Below are positions 1 through 13,400 of a stretch of 64,000 bases of DNA, in pieces. Under the pieces are notes generated by a model. The model saw only the letters and a program-made list of their open reading frames with translations. It was not told the DNA's origin and did not search any database. Location of the stretch: positions 5,890,001 to 5,954,000 of the forward strand of contig JAYWIR010000001.1 in NCBI GenBank assembly GCA_036172245.1, in the 5' to 3' direction. Within the stretch, counting starts at the first letter, position 1, and the number at the start of each line of letters is the position of its first letter. The stretch comes from Raillietiella orientalis (Eukaryota). A program made the translations under genes and the position numbers.

Positions 1-1639
1 AAATGAAATTTAAAGTGGGGGAGGGGGGGGGGGAAACACGCGCACGCACGTTCGGTTCCCGTTGGTTTACACTGATATTCTGTGTACAGATGTAACAGTT
101 CAACACCGAAACACAAGAAGCTTTTAAAAGGCATTCCTGTTTCTCGAACGGGAATCTGAAGGACAAGCATTATTTTACAGGGCGGGTAATAAAATTCCAA
201 GTCATTGTCTCCGCACCTTCGTTAGTTCTAATCGTACCACGTGCTTTCATTCAATGCTAATGGAACCTCTGGCGTCCCGCTGTCTGCCCTGCCTGCCAAA
301 TTTTTCACCAGAAACACACACGTGCGTCTCGTTTTGGAGCCCTCGGGCTACTGAAATCTTCAAGACACCCTGCCCCATCCCTCCGATATGTGATAAATAA
401 GCTTCATTCGTTTCCATTCTTTTGCGATTCTGCACTCTCCCTGCCTTCCACTTACAGATGTTTCGCGTCTGTTTCTTTTCCTTTCCCTTCCTTTTTTTTT
501 TTTTTTTTTTTTTTTTCTGTCTCTTTTCCTTTTCCTCACGAAAATTCTTCCAGTGAAGATCGAATCGAAAGAGTTGCGTTCGCCCGCGCGGTGGAGCATC
601 TGCGTGGACGGCGAACGACGCCACACAGGCTAGGGAGAAAGATGCTCCGCATCCCGTCGTCTTCCGAATCACGGAAATCCTCCTCTTTGTGGATACGGAC
701 CCACGGCGCGTGCGCGCGTGTATTGTGTTCTTCTTCTTCTTCTTTGTGCTTTGGGGGGGGGGGGGGGCAAGCCGCGCCGTGCCGGATACGGATAGTTCTC
801 CGTTCTCCACTTGAGTTCATGTTCTCCGCGGCTTCTGGCCCCGGGTCCTTACGCTGGGATGCACCACCACGAGGAAGTCCCCAAAGTTTCACTTGCTTAT
901 TCGGTGCCTGACACCCCCACCCCCTTCCATAAGTGCATTTCCCCCCCCCCCCGATGATGCCTTTTTGCGGTGCGCATTTCGCGCGCGCTAACAATGAAGC
1001 GACCGAGCTGCTGACGACAATACGGCGGGGGAGTCAAAACAAAAACAAAACATGGATATCGATCAAACGGCGTCGATACGTTTGGACGAACAGCAGGTGT
1101 TAGAAATCGCCGCACTTGAGGCTTTTGGATCGGAAAAGAAAAAAATATCCCGAGATCAAAAAGCAGATTTCGAGTGGCCTAACGGGTGCCCTCCGCTGAG
1201 CGGACTGACTCATTAGAATGCGGCAATGCGAGTGGCTCGTAAAACCAAGACCATCCGTTTTTTAGCATACCAAAAAAAAAACGTGCCTCACAGTGGAGAG
1301 AGAACTCTTTTCTTTTGTTACACTGAAACCGCACCTGATACGAGAGAGAGAGAGAGCATCCAAGGCGCGTACGAAGATGGCAACGCGGTTGCACGTCGGA
1401 AAGATGGCTGGGGGGAGGAAAAAAACATCCCTGCCGCCGCCGATGCTGTCGCAGGAGGAGGAGGAACTCTTCGTGTACCCCTCTTCGTAGACGGGAGCCA
1501 GGCGCCCAAGTTGGAGCGGATGCGTTGACGTTGTGAGCCTCTCTGTCTCTCCCCCCGTTTCCCACCTTCCCGCTCCCGAGAAGGAAGGAGGGGCAGGGGT
1601 GATGCCACGAAAACGCAGTGAGACTCCTGGCTTCGCGAA

Positions 1640-2060
1640 TGGAGCAGCGAAGCGCGGCTTTCATCTGGGATCGTTGCCTCGGAAACACCGGGTCCCTACC
1701 ACGCTAACCAATTCCAGGCGCGTGACCCAGAGACCTCGGCCGACCCGCAGGAAATCCACGCTGGGTGGGTTCCGACGTTTGCGTGGTGCTGCGACTGGCA
1801 GCTGTAAAAAAGGGTTCGGTATTGAAAGTTGCGGAAGACTTGGCAGTCCTGTGCTTTTTTAGGGTCAGGGTGGAGACTGCTGCTTTCATGCTGCAGCCAA
1901 AATTGTTGGGAGGCGCCCATCAAGAAGAAAAGAGCTCCAGCTTCGCGTGGGACGGGAGACGAACAGTCTCGAGATCGCAGCACCAAGGAAATGAATCGCC
2001 ACTCAATGCAACCGTCAAGAGAGCGGGGACGCGGTCGGTCGGATGACCCACGGGCTGGAA
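1640..2060 (+). mobile_element. Possible decayed L1/Tx1 RT C-terminal fragment
   Basis: RGFHLGSLP..., SCAFLGSGW and QNCWEAPIKKKRAPASRGTG resemble the GF.LPG / KYLG / NW...KI..RL..W pattern. Weak match. Confidence 0.25.
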
Positions 2061-2739
2061 GCTGAGCGGCTCCGCTAGGGAAAGCAGACGTTCCCTCGGG
2101 TTGAAGGGGCAGGGTCCCACAGTCATCCCTGCCGAACCTCGTTCCATGGTTGGTCTCCCCCCTTCCCCTTTTCTTCTTTGAAATCTGACATAATTAAGCG
2201 AGGTCAGAATAAGAGAGGAACCCGGGTTCTCCAGAAAGAGGATTCCAAGGGTCCGAGAGTGGGGTGGCAGAGGAAAGGAAATGTTGCGGAATGTCGCACG
2301 CGAGAGGCGACTACGAGAGAATAGGGCAGGCGCGTGCGTCATCGTCCATCCTCCCTGCTTCCGAGCTGAACCTCAAGGAGCCTCCCCGATCCTTCCTACC
2401 CATCCCCTCTTCTTCCTCCTCCTCCTCCTCGCTGAAACCCTCCGCGAGGTGTCGCTGCCCTCCTCTCTGGAGCCCCGGCGGCAGCACCTCCTGTCCTCCT
2501 CCCCCCTTCGGACGGGAAGACGCAGAGAGCCCCTCTATACGGCAGGGGGCAACCTCTTTTATCGTCGAATTGCCGCGCTGATTCAACCTCGTTAAAAGCA
2601 GAGGTGGAGGACGAGGCGCCGAAGGCGACGGTGGCAACAAGGCGGGCAGCTTTCTCCCGCTTCCGTCCCTCGCGAGGAGGGGGAAGGCGGACGAAAACTT
2701 CCTCTGCAACCGCCGGGATCGTCGTCAATGGTGCCCGAG

Positions 2740-3070
2740 ATGGTCACCCAAACAGCAACAGCATCCTGCATGTTGCGGTACCCTCGTCGGCAGGCGTGTC
2801 CGCGGCTTTTTCCAGATTCCAATATCCACCCATAGAGGGTATCGTCGCCTAGTTGGATGCGTCGTAGGTTTCGATTCGACCCGCGAGATGACTCTGGGAC
2901 GTCTCGAGGCTTCGGTAAGGCGCGCTCGCTATGGGCGACCGGCTGTCCCGTTGGATAGTAGCCGGGTGGAATCGGAAGCGTCGAAGGGGTCCTTCGGATT
3001 CGCGTCTTTGCTTCACGTGCACTTTTCGGGTGCATGGCAGCCTCGCTAGCCTTCCGCTTGGCGTTGTTGA
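2740..3070 (-). mobile_element. Possible decayed RTE-clade 3' fragment
   Basis: TLYGWILESGKSRGHACRRGYRNMQD resembles the RTE C-terminal LYGEL..GKR.RG....RYKD motif. This is a single motif only. Confidence 0.22.
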
Positions 3071-4296
3071 ACCGTTCGGATGGACTCCCTGTCGGGTGGA
3101 TCAACGGAGCTCTGGAGATCCTAGAGACCCCCCCCCTCCTCAAAAAAAAGAAAGGGGGGGGGGGGGTAGGGGAAGTTCTCCACTTAGTTCCTTTGCCGAA
3201 GGGAAGGGAAGAATGCTTTCGTTCCTACCCTCTTCCCTCATCTTTTTTTTTTTTTTTCTTCTTCGTCACCTGCCTGCTACACCGCCTCAGTCCTTTTTGC
3301 CACCCGGTTGCTGGCGAGGGGAGGCAGAGCGCGGCACCCGTCGCCAAGAGAGCGGCGGTCCGTTGCGTCGCTGCGGAAGAAGGTGAAGGGACATGCACCC
3401 CGCTGGGAGCGCCTGTCTAAGGAGGGAAAGCCCAGTCTCTTTCGCTTCCATGGCTGCTCCTGCCCTTGCTGGGATTCCCAGCGGCTCGCGCGGGGAGGAC
3501 ACGCCTCTTCCCCCCTTCCTTCCCCGAAGGGACGACTTGTCCCCATCAAGGAAGCGCGCACCCCAGGGGGTTTCCTTGCGAGGGACACGCGCGCGCCTCC
3601 TCCGATAGCCAGCGATCTACGCAGACTACGAGAAGCATGAGCTCAGAACCGCGACTCGGGGTCACTGCCTTAGTCTCCCCTGGCAACGCCTGCAAACGAA
3701 GTCCCCCCCCCACACCTCTTCCTTCTCCTCCTCGAGACCTCCGCGCTTCCTTTCCGGCGCGGGAACGCTGTCCTCCAGCAGCTTTAATGGCGGCAGCACC
3801 CCCGAGGGTAAGGGGAGCTTTTGCCGCTGGGGAGGGCCACAGGGGTCAGCGGAGGGGGCGAAGCAGGGCGACGGGAATTCCCCGAGGCAGAGTTGTGAGG
3901 CCTCACAGGCAGGGAAGACATGGTTGGCGACCCCCTTGTGAGCAGCCGTTGGGCGCAGGGCCGTGCCGCCCCCGAGGGCGAAGAACGAAGCACGCGCATG
4001 CTGGGTCGGCGGGGGTCACATGACTCTCTCCTCCCCCACCCTCCCCAGGGTTCCGCCTCTGCGCGGGCAAACCGAATCCAAGTCGACCCGCTGCCGCGTG
4101 ACGTTGCGGTCCGTCTGACGCGCGCGCTTCGCCACCTCCCTAGAGGGAGGGAGGAAGGAGGGGGAGGGAGGTGGGAAAGAGCATCGACTCCGGTCCCGCT
4201 CTCCGTCGCGGGTCCTCGTCCTGCCCCTACGCACATGTGCGACCGGAAGGGCGGGGCCACACACCGCCCGCCACCCTGCTCTCCTTTGTTCCGCAG

Positions 4297-7200
4297 GCGG
4301 GAGCTGCCCCTACGCCTCCCGGCTCTGCTGCCCACTGCCAGACGTCCTGCGAGGACCAGCCCCGGAGGGCAGTCTGCGGTACCGACGGGAGGACCTACAA
4401 CTCCACCTGCGAACTGCAGGCTGCGCGATGCCGCGGGCGGGACGTCCAGACGAAGCACCCGGGGCAGTGTTCCGGTAGGGGGAGGGCCGAGGAAGGTGGC
4501 GGCGACGCCTTCTCTTTCCTTGCCCCCAGGGACCCCGGGCGCGCGCTGCTGGAGGGAGCGTCAGCACAGCCTCAGCGAGGCAAAGAAAATCCGGGACGTC
4601 TTCATTCCGGAATGCACCGAGGAAGGCGGCTACGCCCCGGTCCAGTGCCTGCACTTCACCGGGTACTGCTGGTGCGTCACAGAAGCAGGCAGGCCCGTCG
4701 TGGGGTCGTCCGTCCGCTACGGGAGGCCCGCGTGCAACCAGAAAGGTGAGAGGGCTCCCTGGCCCGCCCTCACTCCTCGTCCCGGCCTGCGGGACCGGAC
4801 GTATCCCCCCGCCTCGCCGCAGGGCGGGCACTTGGTGGCAGCCCCTCGTGCCTGCGGTTGCAGGCACGAGGAGACGAGGGCGAAGGAGGGAGCTTATTGC
4901 CCCTCCCCTCCCCCCTTCCCCTAGGTTCGAACCGACGCGCAATTTCATCGCCCTCTCTTTTTCCTCAGGAAGAACCATGAACCAGAGGTCACCGAGGCCA
5001 AGGCAGAGGCAAAGAGGTAAGGGGCGGCTCCTTCAGCGCCGTGCCGCCTTGTTTCGGGTCGCACGGCAACCTGGCGCCACCTCCAGAGTCCCTCGCGCCT
5101 CTCACCCCTTGCGCGCGCTTCTTTATTTTCTGTTCCTGTAAGGGTTTCCTGGATGGCGGACGCGCGCCAGCTCGCGCGTCCGCCATCCAGGAAACCTCCC
5201 TCCCCTCCTCCTCCTCTGCGGTTCTGGGGCCGCTAGTCCCGTTCCCTGCTCAAGCCGACCGTACTCTGGGGACGGGGAAGGAAGTAAAGGCACCGACTTT
5301 CTGCCTGGAGCGCGACGCGGGGAGGCGGGGGCGGGCCACCGGGCGCGCGTACTCTGCCCGCTGTCACGGCGACTAGAGTGACCCTGGCGGCGACCGCGGG
5401 ATGGTTCGCAACCGGAAAATGCGGCTCGCGAGCCCCGGTTCGCGCGAGGGCGCTCCGCGCGCTCTCACAGAGCGGCGGCGACAGTGAGAACTATCGACGC
5501 GCCTATCGCCCGCGTGACTTTCTGCTAGCCGAATGTTTTCCTTGGTGGCGTTTTCTTTTTCTTCTCTCTCTCTCTCTTTCTTTTTTTATTGATTAAAATA
5601 AGCGCAAAAGTACCGATTCGATCCTTTCGAGAGTTTCCTACCTGTTCCCCCCCCCTCCTTTTTCTAGTCTGCAGTCCTCGTGATCGGTCTCTTTTCAACG
5701 GGAATCTGATCAAGTTGTTCATGGGTGAATACGAAACGCTCCAGTTCTCTGATCCCGGTAAGTATGATCTGTATTTTCCTTACTCACGAATGCCAACCAA
5801 GTCAACTAAGACTCCTTTCGCAAAAGAACCAGAATTTCCCAGGACAGTGTCCGACGAGCAGGTGGTCCAGTGGAAATTCGCGCAGCTCGATCGCAACAGC
5901 GATCGCGCTCTCGGCAAGCAGGAGGTCAAGCAGCTGAGGAAGACGGTGCAAGAGGTGCGCGTAAGGAACAGCCGCTGAAAAGTGACGCACCCCCCTCACG
6001 CAACGAACCTTGCAGAAAATCAGCCCCGCGAAATGCGCCAAGAGCTTCGCCAGGTTCTGCGATCTGAACCAGGATGGCAGGATCGACTTTCGGGAGTGGT
6101 CTGCATGTTTGGGCAAAAGGATGGACACCACAAGTAAAGTACACGCACACACCTCTCATGTTGTACACGTACTCGAGTGAATGCGAGAGTCCGAGCCGGA
6201 GGCGCCTTCTTGCCGGTTGCCGTGCGTTCCCGTGATGGTGATGGCTGCTTTCGCATCACCGCGAAGGCGGAAACGGTTTTTGCGTCTCCCCGGAAGTCCT
6301 TACCGCGCTCTTCACTGAACCACTTGGATGGCATGCCGAACTCTACCTTCTTCCTAGCCACAACGGCTTTCGCGGTGGATCACAACGTGCACAATGTTGT
6401 TTACTGGTGCCCCTACTTTGCTAACGCCTTCCGGTGCTGCCGGATTCTTCCTAAGCCAAAGACCTTCTCCTCAGCCACCTGTATGATACCTGCTTCGAAC
6501 CGTGGGTCTCCGTTGCCTGTGCGCCCTCTTTCGCTTGGGCTTTTATCTCTTCAGGGTTTCACCAGCTGCCTGCTTTCCTGGGAAAACATCTCGCTCTTTG
6601 TGCCTTACCATCGTCTCGGCAACGGTAACGAACTTCCTGCACATCCGTCATCTGACGGTGTTTCCTCAATCTACGATCATAATAAAACGAATTTCGTGGA
6701 ATTTCAAATCGCTGAAAGCTCCTTTAGGAAGCTTCATTAGATCCCTGAGAAAGTCTCTGCTGAACATTTCCATCCATGTAAAGTGGATTGTTCTCGTTAA
6801 AAAAAAAAAAAAGAAAGACATTAGGTGTTTGCATGTTCAGTACGTTCTCCGAGATTTCGGTATATGCGGACATCACATGCTCGGAACAGTTTCCTACTGC
6901 CAAGTAGGAAACGAGTGAAGAACTTCCTCCCGTTGAGGAAGAATAATAACACACGTTGCATATTCTTCTGCTGAAATCAGCTCTTGATGTGAAACATTTC
7001 ACCATCCCATAAGCAGGAGTGCCATAAAAAAAAAAAAATATTGCTTTACTTTGAGTAATTCTATTTCATTTTTATCATTTCGAACGCGTGTACTGTCTGC
7101 CACAGTTGTTTTCACCCGTAAAACCCTCCGCTCTTGCAAGCGGAAGTCACCGTGGGCGACTGCTGCCCTTTGGGGTCCTGATCCCAGTTTTGCATCCCGG

Positions 7201-7310
7201 TCGTGGAAACCTCCTTCCCCGAGCAGGCAATCAGCCGTGGAGCTTCCGTCGTTTGCTAAACGTGACGAATCCGCGAAAAAAGGTCGGTCAGACGAATGTA
7301 TGTACGTGAC

Positions 7311-7341
<31 letters not shown>

Positions 7342-9352
7342 AAGAAAAAAAAAAAAACTTTGATTTCGAGTTCTTCCTTTTGTTACTGTGAATTTCTGTT
7401 GCAGATGGCAGCGACTCCAAAGCAGATAAAGCGTCTAGTCGTTCTGCAGGTAAGCACCCGTGAACGTTAACGCACGATACGAAAAGAATGAGGTTAATTG
7501 GAAAGGTAATTCCATTCCATTCCCGCAATTGGAGGAAGTGTGTTTAGAATGTAGAAAGCATCATGGACCGCTCCTGGAGGGCCAAGTCGCTCGCGCGAGC
7601 ACCTGTGCTCCTCCTGGACCCTTCCAGCATGTGTCGCTTGCCCGGGCGCCTTCATCTGCGACTCGACAATTAGATATGCAAGATTAATAACACGGATTAT
7701 CAAAGTTTTCATAACACAGCTGTTCTTAATGCTTTCGGAGGACCTGCGCTTGAATTTTTCACTCCACCGGAGAAAAAAAACAATATCGAGCCCGTAGGTT
7801 TCCCGGTGCCTTCTGCGTGCGGCCGTCCCCAAGGAAACGAATCTGCTCCAAAGATCATGAGTCTAGAAGATGTGTCGCTCCGTGTCGGCTTATTAATTAG
7901 TGTGCAGCGTCGTCTGCACTCTCTGGAGGAGAGGGGGGACGGTTCCAGCCACGTTGAGGGATCGCTTCTAGATGGGAGGACTCGAGCAAAGGGTCCGGAA
8001 ACCGGGAGTTGAGATCCTGAGGCCCCAAATCAATGGAATGCCGTCGTGCGTAGTTTTTGGCCCCTTTCGTGTAATGATGAGATGAAACTGCCGGGATCCG
8101 ATTTTTCAAAAAGCATTCACACTTGCAGCCTCGATCCTCTCCGAAACTCCCGCCTGAAAAATATTGAAAATTCGGTCGATCGGCGGCGGGTCCCGTTCGG
8201 TTCCTGCTTTCGCCGTCCTCCCCTTCCCCCCACCGTATCCCTCACAACTGTAACCCTTCCGGCTCGGGCAGGCAGCCCGAGCCAGAAGCAAAAAGATCCA
8301 GAAGTTTCGAATCCGTTGCGATGATGAAAACCATGTGCGTACACCATGTGTGTATTGCACCATAACATCGAGTGTTGTCAAATGTTCACAATCCAACTGT
8401 GATGACGATTGCTTACGATGCCGCCTGGATTTTTAGATTACTCCTGGTCCTTGTGGCCGTCTGCCGCAATAGTTATGAATGACTTGCTTACGGAGAAAAC
8501 CACTGAAACTGCGACAAAAGAAAGTGAGGACATGATTCGAATTTCATTTGTCATTTGTGCATTTTAGGGCACAGTTGCAAAACCGATATGCAAGCCGCTC
8601 TGGAAGATCAGAAATTAGGTGGTAAGGATTTGTACATTCCGCAATGTACAGACAGCGGCAGTTATCAGCAAGTACAGTGTTACCCACTCCCAAAGAAAGG
8701 CAGCTTTAGTAGTAACGACGAGTATTTGTATTCTGACCCATTAATGTAAACATAGGTTACTGCTGGTGCGTTGATGAGGAGACAGGGAAGACTATTGTCG
8801 GTACGTCTGTCAAGAATAATCGGCCAGATTGCCACAACATATCTTCTGCCCTTCAACCTATACCTAACTGCCCCCCTGTAAAAAAGGCAAACTTTCTAAA
8901 GGAGCTTATTGCCTTCTTCACACAGCAGCATGCTGCTGCACTGCAGAAGAACTCCAAGTAGGTTGTTTGCTTACAGTTGGCATTTATCAAATGAAACACC
9001 AGCAGATCGATAGGGAATGTGGTTCAATGGAAATTTCAGATGCTGGATATCAATAGCAATAACCTGATGGAGAGAAGAGAATGGAGACCGTTACGACTAC
9101 AACTGAAAAAGCAGAAACCATTTAAGCGTTGCAGTGGGAAATTTTTTTTATTTTGTGATGCCAATAAGGACAAGCAGTTGACTCTGGAAGAATGGGTATC
9201 CTGCTTTGGAATGCAACATGGTAAAACATTTCATCTGTCTGTGTCTCATATGTGGATGGCAAATTTTCTTATCAGTACCCACCAATACTCAAAAGCCCCT
9301 GAAAATCAGACGTGGGCCCAATCCACTTAGCACATACCTATTGCTTAACTGA
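4297..9352 (+). CDS. SMOC: SPARC-related modular calcium-binding protein (SMOC / pentagone-magu type), multi-exon; signal-peptide exon not located
   Basis: Kazal exon 4297-4474 (CQTSCEDQPRRAVCGTDGRTYNSTCELQAARC). Thyroglobulin-1 exon 4530-4745 (FIPECTEEGGYAPVQCLHFTGYCWCV). Exons ~4969-5016 and 5668-5757. EF-hand exons 5827-5954 (VQWKFAQLDRNSDRAL) and 6016-6133 (FCDLNQDGRIDFREW). Linker exons 7106-7282, 7405-7449, 8437-8523. Second TY domain 8568-~8700 plus 8756-8957 (YCWCVDEETG). Second EF pair 9003-9220. Last exon 9275-9352 (RRGPNPLSTYLLLN*). Splice phases join in frame. Confidence 0.93.
7312..7357. repeat. (AAG)n microsatellite plus poly-A in a SMOC intron
   Basis: Read directly from the sequence. 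Confidence 0.95.
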
Positions 9353-9371
9353 TCTGTGATATTGTTTTTGA

Positions 9372-11069
9372 TCAAGATAGCTGTTCATCTCTACTGGCAG
9401 TAAAATTTTGAAGAGGATAGTGCTGAGCATACTTCTTAAGATGCCTCTTACACTCCTCTTGCTGTTTCCTGAAGATATACATGACAGTGCAGTACCTCAG
9501 TCGTATGTATTTTACCGTAAACGTGCTGGCAGCTTATCGTATACGTCATTAAACATCTCAGTGAACTCTGGTTTTAATTTCTTTTCAGCTATGAGAAATG
9601 CTTCCATGATCTGATTTGAAGGAGGGAGGGAGGAAATAATAATTTGTTTGAGCCAGGAGCTCAGCAACCTCTTTTCTAGTTTGATTTTTCCATGCTTTCT
9701 CTTTCTCATCATCCCACAGCCCTGAATTGCGCAAATAGTGCCTTAACCGAGCAACTGGGTGAGTCTTCTGGTCCCAGTAATTGACCTCTTCCAAGGATCT
9801 GTAAGCACTGCTATCATCAGATGTGCTATGATGACCAATTCTGCAGGAAAACCAATAGTGGCTACAGAATGCTTATTGTTATACAGACCTATACGTCATA
9901 GCTTCAATCATCACTGGCACATTCTCCTCTACACACAGTTCACGTGCTTTCTTAGTTGCCTGGTATACGGCAAAAATGTCATTACCATCTACACGAATGC
10001 TGGCCAATCCATAAGCATATCCTTTGCCTGCTATCCCATCTCCTCTGTACTGTTCATGTGTAGGAGTAGATATAGCATACCCGTTGTTGCGGCTTCAAGA
10101 ATAAATTGAAATTAAAAAAAAAAAACAGAAATGAAACCCAGAGTGCCTGTTACCAGAAGAAAATGATAGGACACTCCAGTGTAGCAGCAAAGTTGAATGC
10201 AGCATGCGCATCTCCTTCACTAGCAGCTCCTTCACCAAAATAGCAAATAACACACCGTCCATTCTGAGCTCTTTTGAAAGCATAAGCAGAGCCTACAGCT
10301 AAAAAATTGCTATGAATTAGCCAGGGAATCTACAAATTTTTCGAAAGTTCAATATGAAGCTGAAAGTGTGCACCTTGTGGCATCTGTGTACTCAGTGGTG
10401 AAGAAATGGTGACAAAATTGAGGCTTCGGCTACCATAGTGAACTGGCATTTGGCGACCCTTTTCAGCAGCATCAACATTTCCGTAGCACTGATCACAAAA
10501 TTCTTGCAAGCTAAACCCTCTCCATAAAAGAACACCTGCACACGAGTAAACAACAAGTGAAGTTATTTGAACCTGCTTCTCGATACTGTCCATAAATTAG
10601 GTCACTTGGGTCCAATGCTGCTGCACTGCCTATGTGGGTGGCTTCTTCACCATAATTGGTCATGTAAAAGGATATGCGTCCCTGACGTTGAGACTCATAA
10701 AGAATTTTGTCCATACTATTAAGCGTAGTCATCGCTTTATACATTCTTATAACAAAATCACTATTTAACTAAAATTACTTCATGTCAATGCTGTGATGTC
10801 ACGCTTACTTTAGGATCCACACTTTCATCTGTTATTTTACCATTACTATCCATAATTCTGTAGACTGGTAGTTTCATAGAATCTTCCATCCTAACAAATT
10901 TAAGATGAGATGTCCACTTTGAGAACATGCCATCATATTCTGCTCTATTTGAATCATCTGTTGTTTGCTCAGTTTCATGCAAACATCTCAGGGAGCATAT
11001 CTTCTGTGGAGATAGTCTCCAACCAAAACTTGGGGTTACCGACCTTCCAACGAATTTGATGAAGTGCAT
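9372..11069 (-). CDS. BCKDHA: Branched-chain 2-oxoacid dehydrogenase E1 alpha subunit, mitochondrial, multi-exon
   Basis: Spliced translation contains [73 protein letters not shown], the TPP-binding [32 protein letters not shown], and the phosphorylation loop [15 protein letters not shown]-terminus [14 protein letters not shown]...* with stop at 9374-9372. Confidence 0.97.
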
Positions 11070-12499
11070 TATTTGCTTTTCATATTATCACTTCATACAA
11101 TCTAGGTACGGTTCCTTAAATGTGATGCAAGCTAATGCAAAAATCGGATTAGTGAGAACCCCACCAAAACGAAAATGCACAAGCATTGCAATTGCCAATC
11201 GATTTGAATTTTTTTCCTCTAAGCAACGGCCCAAAAAACGTTAGCAAAAAAAAAAAAAAAAAAGCGTCAGGACCCTCCCCTTGAAAAAATCATCAAACCA
11301 GGAATGTCCCAGGGGTGAGAATGCTAACCAGGTATCCCTCTGAACTTTTTCGTTAGGAGGATTGGGAAAATGCAAGCTCATCGTTAGCCTGATGCAATCC
11401 TAAGGCAACCCCTGAACACGTGGCTGCTGATGCAGTTTCGGTTTGGATTAGCCGGCTTTCAAGAGACACACGTCCGGAAGGGACTTGCGGGGTCGCCCAG
11501 CATTCCTGCTGGTTAGCCAGCAGCAAATGCGCAGCGGCAGGCCATGCGATTTCGAAACGTTTGTGAGTGTACACAACTTGTACAGAGAATGTGGTGAATC
11601 AAATAAACCCGAAAACGCTCGCTTTCCTCCCACACCCCCGTCGCCCAGGATTGCTGCTCCGTTCCTACGCTTTTTGCAGCACCTGCACGTTGCACAACTG
11701 CTGCAAAAAGCATTGGGAACGAAAATGTCAAAACCCTTGACAGATACCAATCTCGAGAGGAAGGACACGTCTTGCAAAGCGCCCTCCGTTGCGAAAGAGA
11801 TTGCGAACGAACTACCTGCCACCCGGCCAGGTCAACTGCACGGGAAATCCGTACCACCCCCGGAAACTCGGCCACGTTTGGCAATCGGCAAGCCGTGGCG
11901 ACGGCGGTGCTAACGACCTGCCAGGAGGACCCCCCGTCGCTGCTGTGGCTCAACGTGATCCGAAACGTGCAAAAGGGCTTCCGGGTCAACCGGGCCTGAG
12001 GGACGAAGCAACCGGAACCGAGGGAACCGCTTCCCCGTCGTTCGTGCAGCAGCTCCCGAACCACCAGGGGAGCCTCGAAGGTGGGAAAGGGAAAGAAAAA
12101 AAAAAAACGAAATCCGGCCGGTGGAAGCCACTTACGTCCCCTTGCCCATGCACGGAAATACGTTCCCATCTCCTCGAATGCAAATATGAAAACTGAATCG
12201 CAGGATGCAGCTACGATTTGTTTTTATCAGCATCGTCCCCAGCTCAAATTAACGTACATTACATGTGCCTTCACGACGGTGTATTATCAGCACAAGCAAC
12301 TGAATGAGTTCTTAACATTGCAGGAAAAAAAGCGGGAGGAGGTTCAACGTCTGCGATGCAAGAAAAGGATGAACATAATATAAACTTTCATTACCACATT
12401 AAAATAGCAGCCATCACATGAAACGGAGCCAGAAAAAATTCGTCAACCAAGCGCGATTCAGCCACTCATTTTAAATATAATTGAAATAAGGAATGCCCA

Positions 12500-13400
12500 A
12501 GTATTTTCAATGGTTACCACTTTCCAGTAATTTCGTTCCAAAGTCTGTGAGGACGCTTACAGACTTGGGCAAACGATCACGATAAATCTCAATGAGATTC
12601 TCGCCGCAGATAAATTACCTTGAATGCTGAACATCCTTGAATATATCGATATTAGGGTGCATTTTCTCTTGTCGATCTTTTTGGATGTCTTTTTGGTGTA
12701 TTGTAACGTGCACGTATATATCCCCGACATTCCATTGAGAGAAAGGTTTCAGAATTGCGGGTGAATTGGGGAGAGAGAAAACACACAAGCCGAATGCACG
12801 TTGTGGCTGCTGAGATGAAGAAAGCCTAATGAGAAGGGTTTCCATGAAGTTCCGCATAGAAAATCTCATGAAATCACTTTCTGATGTCCTGCGATCAATG
12901 CTAGCAGACATTCCGGGATGCAGCGATTTGCAATCGAAAGTTGGACGACTTTATTACATGGTGCACACCCTAATAAATTAATCATGTGCGTTGTTGATGC
13001 TTCGGTTATCACCGTGGTCAACATTTGTACCCTTCAGGCAATGTGTCTTACATGAAGCCATAATTTGACAAACCTTTCGTGAAATTTGTCAGAGAAGAGG
13101 TTGAAATTTCCCTCCAGGTTCTGTCAAAAGAGATAACGCCGTCATCCAAACCTTAAATATCACTATCAAAATTGTACGAGGAAAAGAAAAAAAAAAACGG
13201 TATTGACGATGAACGTACCCATAGTTTGTATGTTGAGTACTTGCCAAAGCATAGCAGCTTAAAATGTACGGCACACAGTGTACCATCATACGTTGCGGAG
13301 TACTTTAAAAACTGCTCCTCAATGTCGACTTCCAGATAGAATTCTTCAAACACGAAATCAGATACGCATCGATTGCTCCCTTAGATTCACAAAAAGATGA
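12500..13400 (-). other. Possible unidentified short-intron gene
   Basis: ORF pieces (FEEFYLEVDIEEQFLKYSATYDG...; ...KDRQEKMHPNIDIFKDVQHS) end at donor-like GTACGT and GTAATT, with short intron-like spacers. No family was recognised. Confidence 0.27.
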
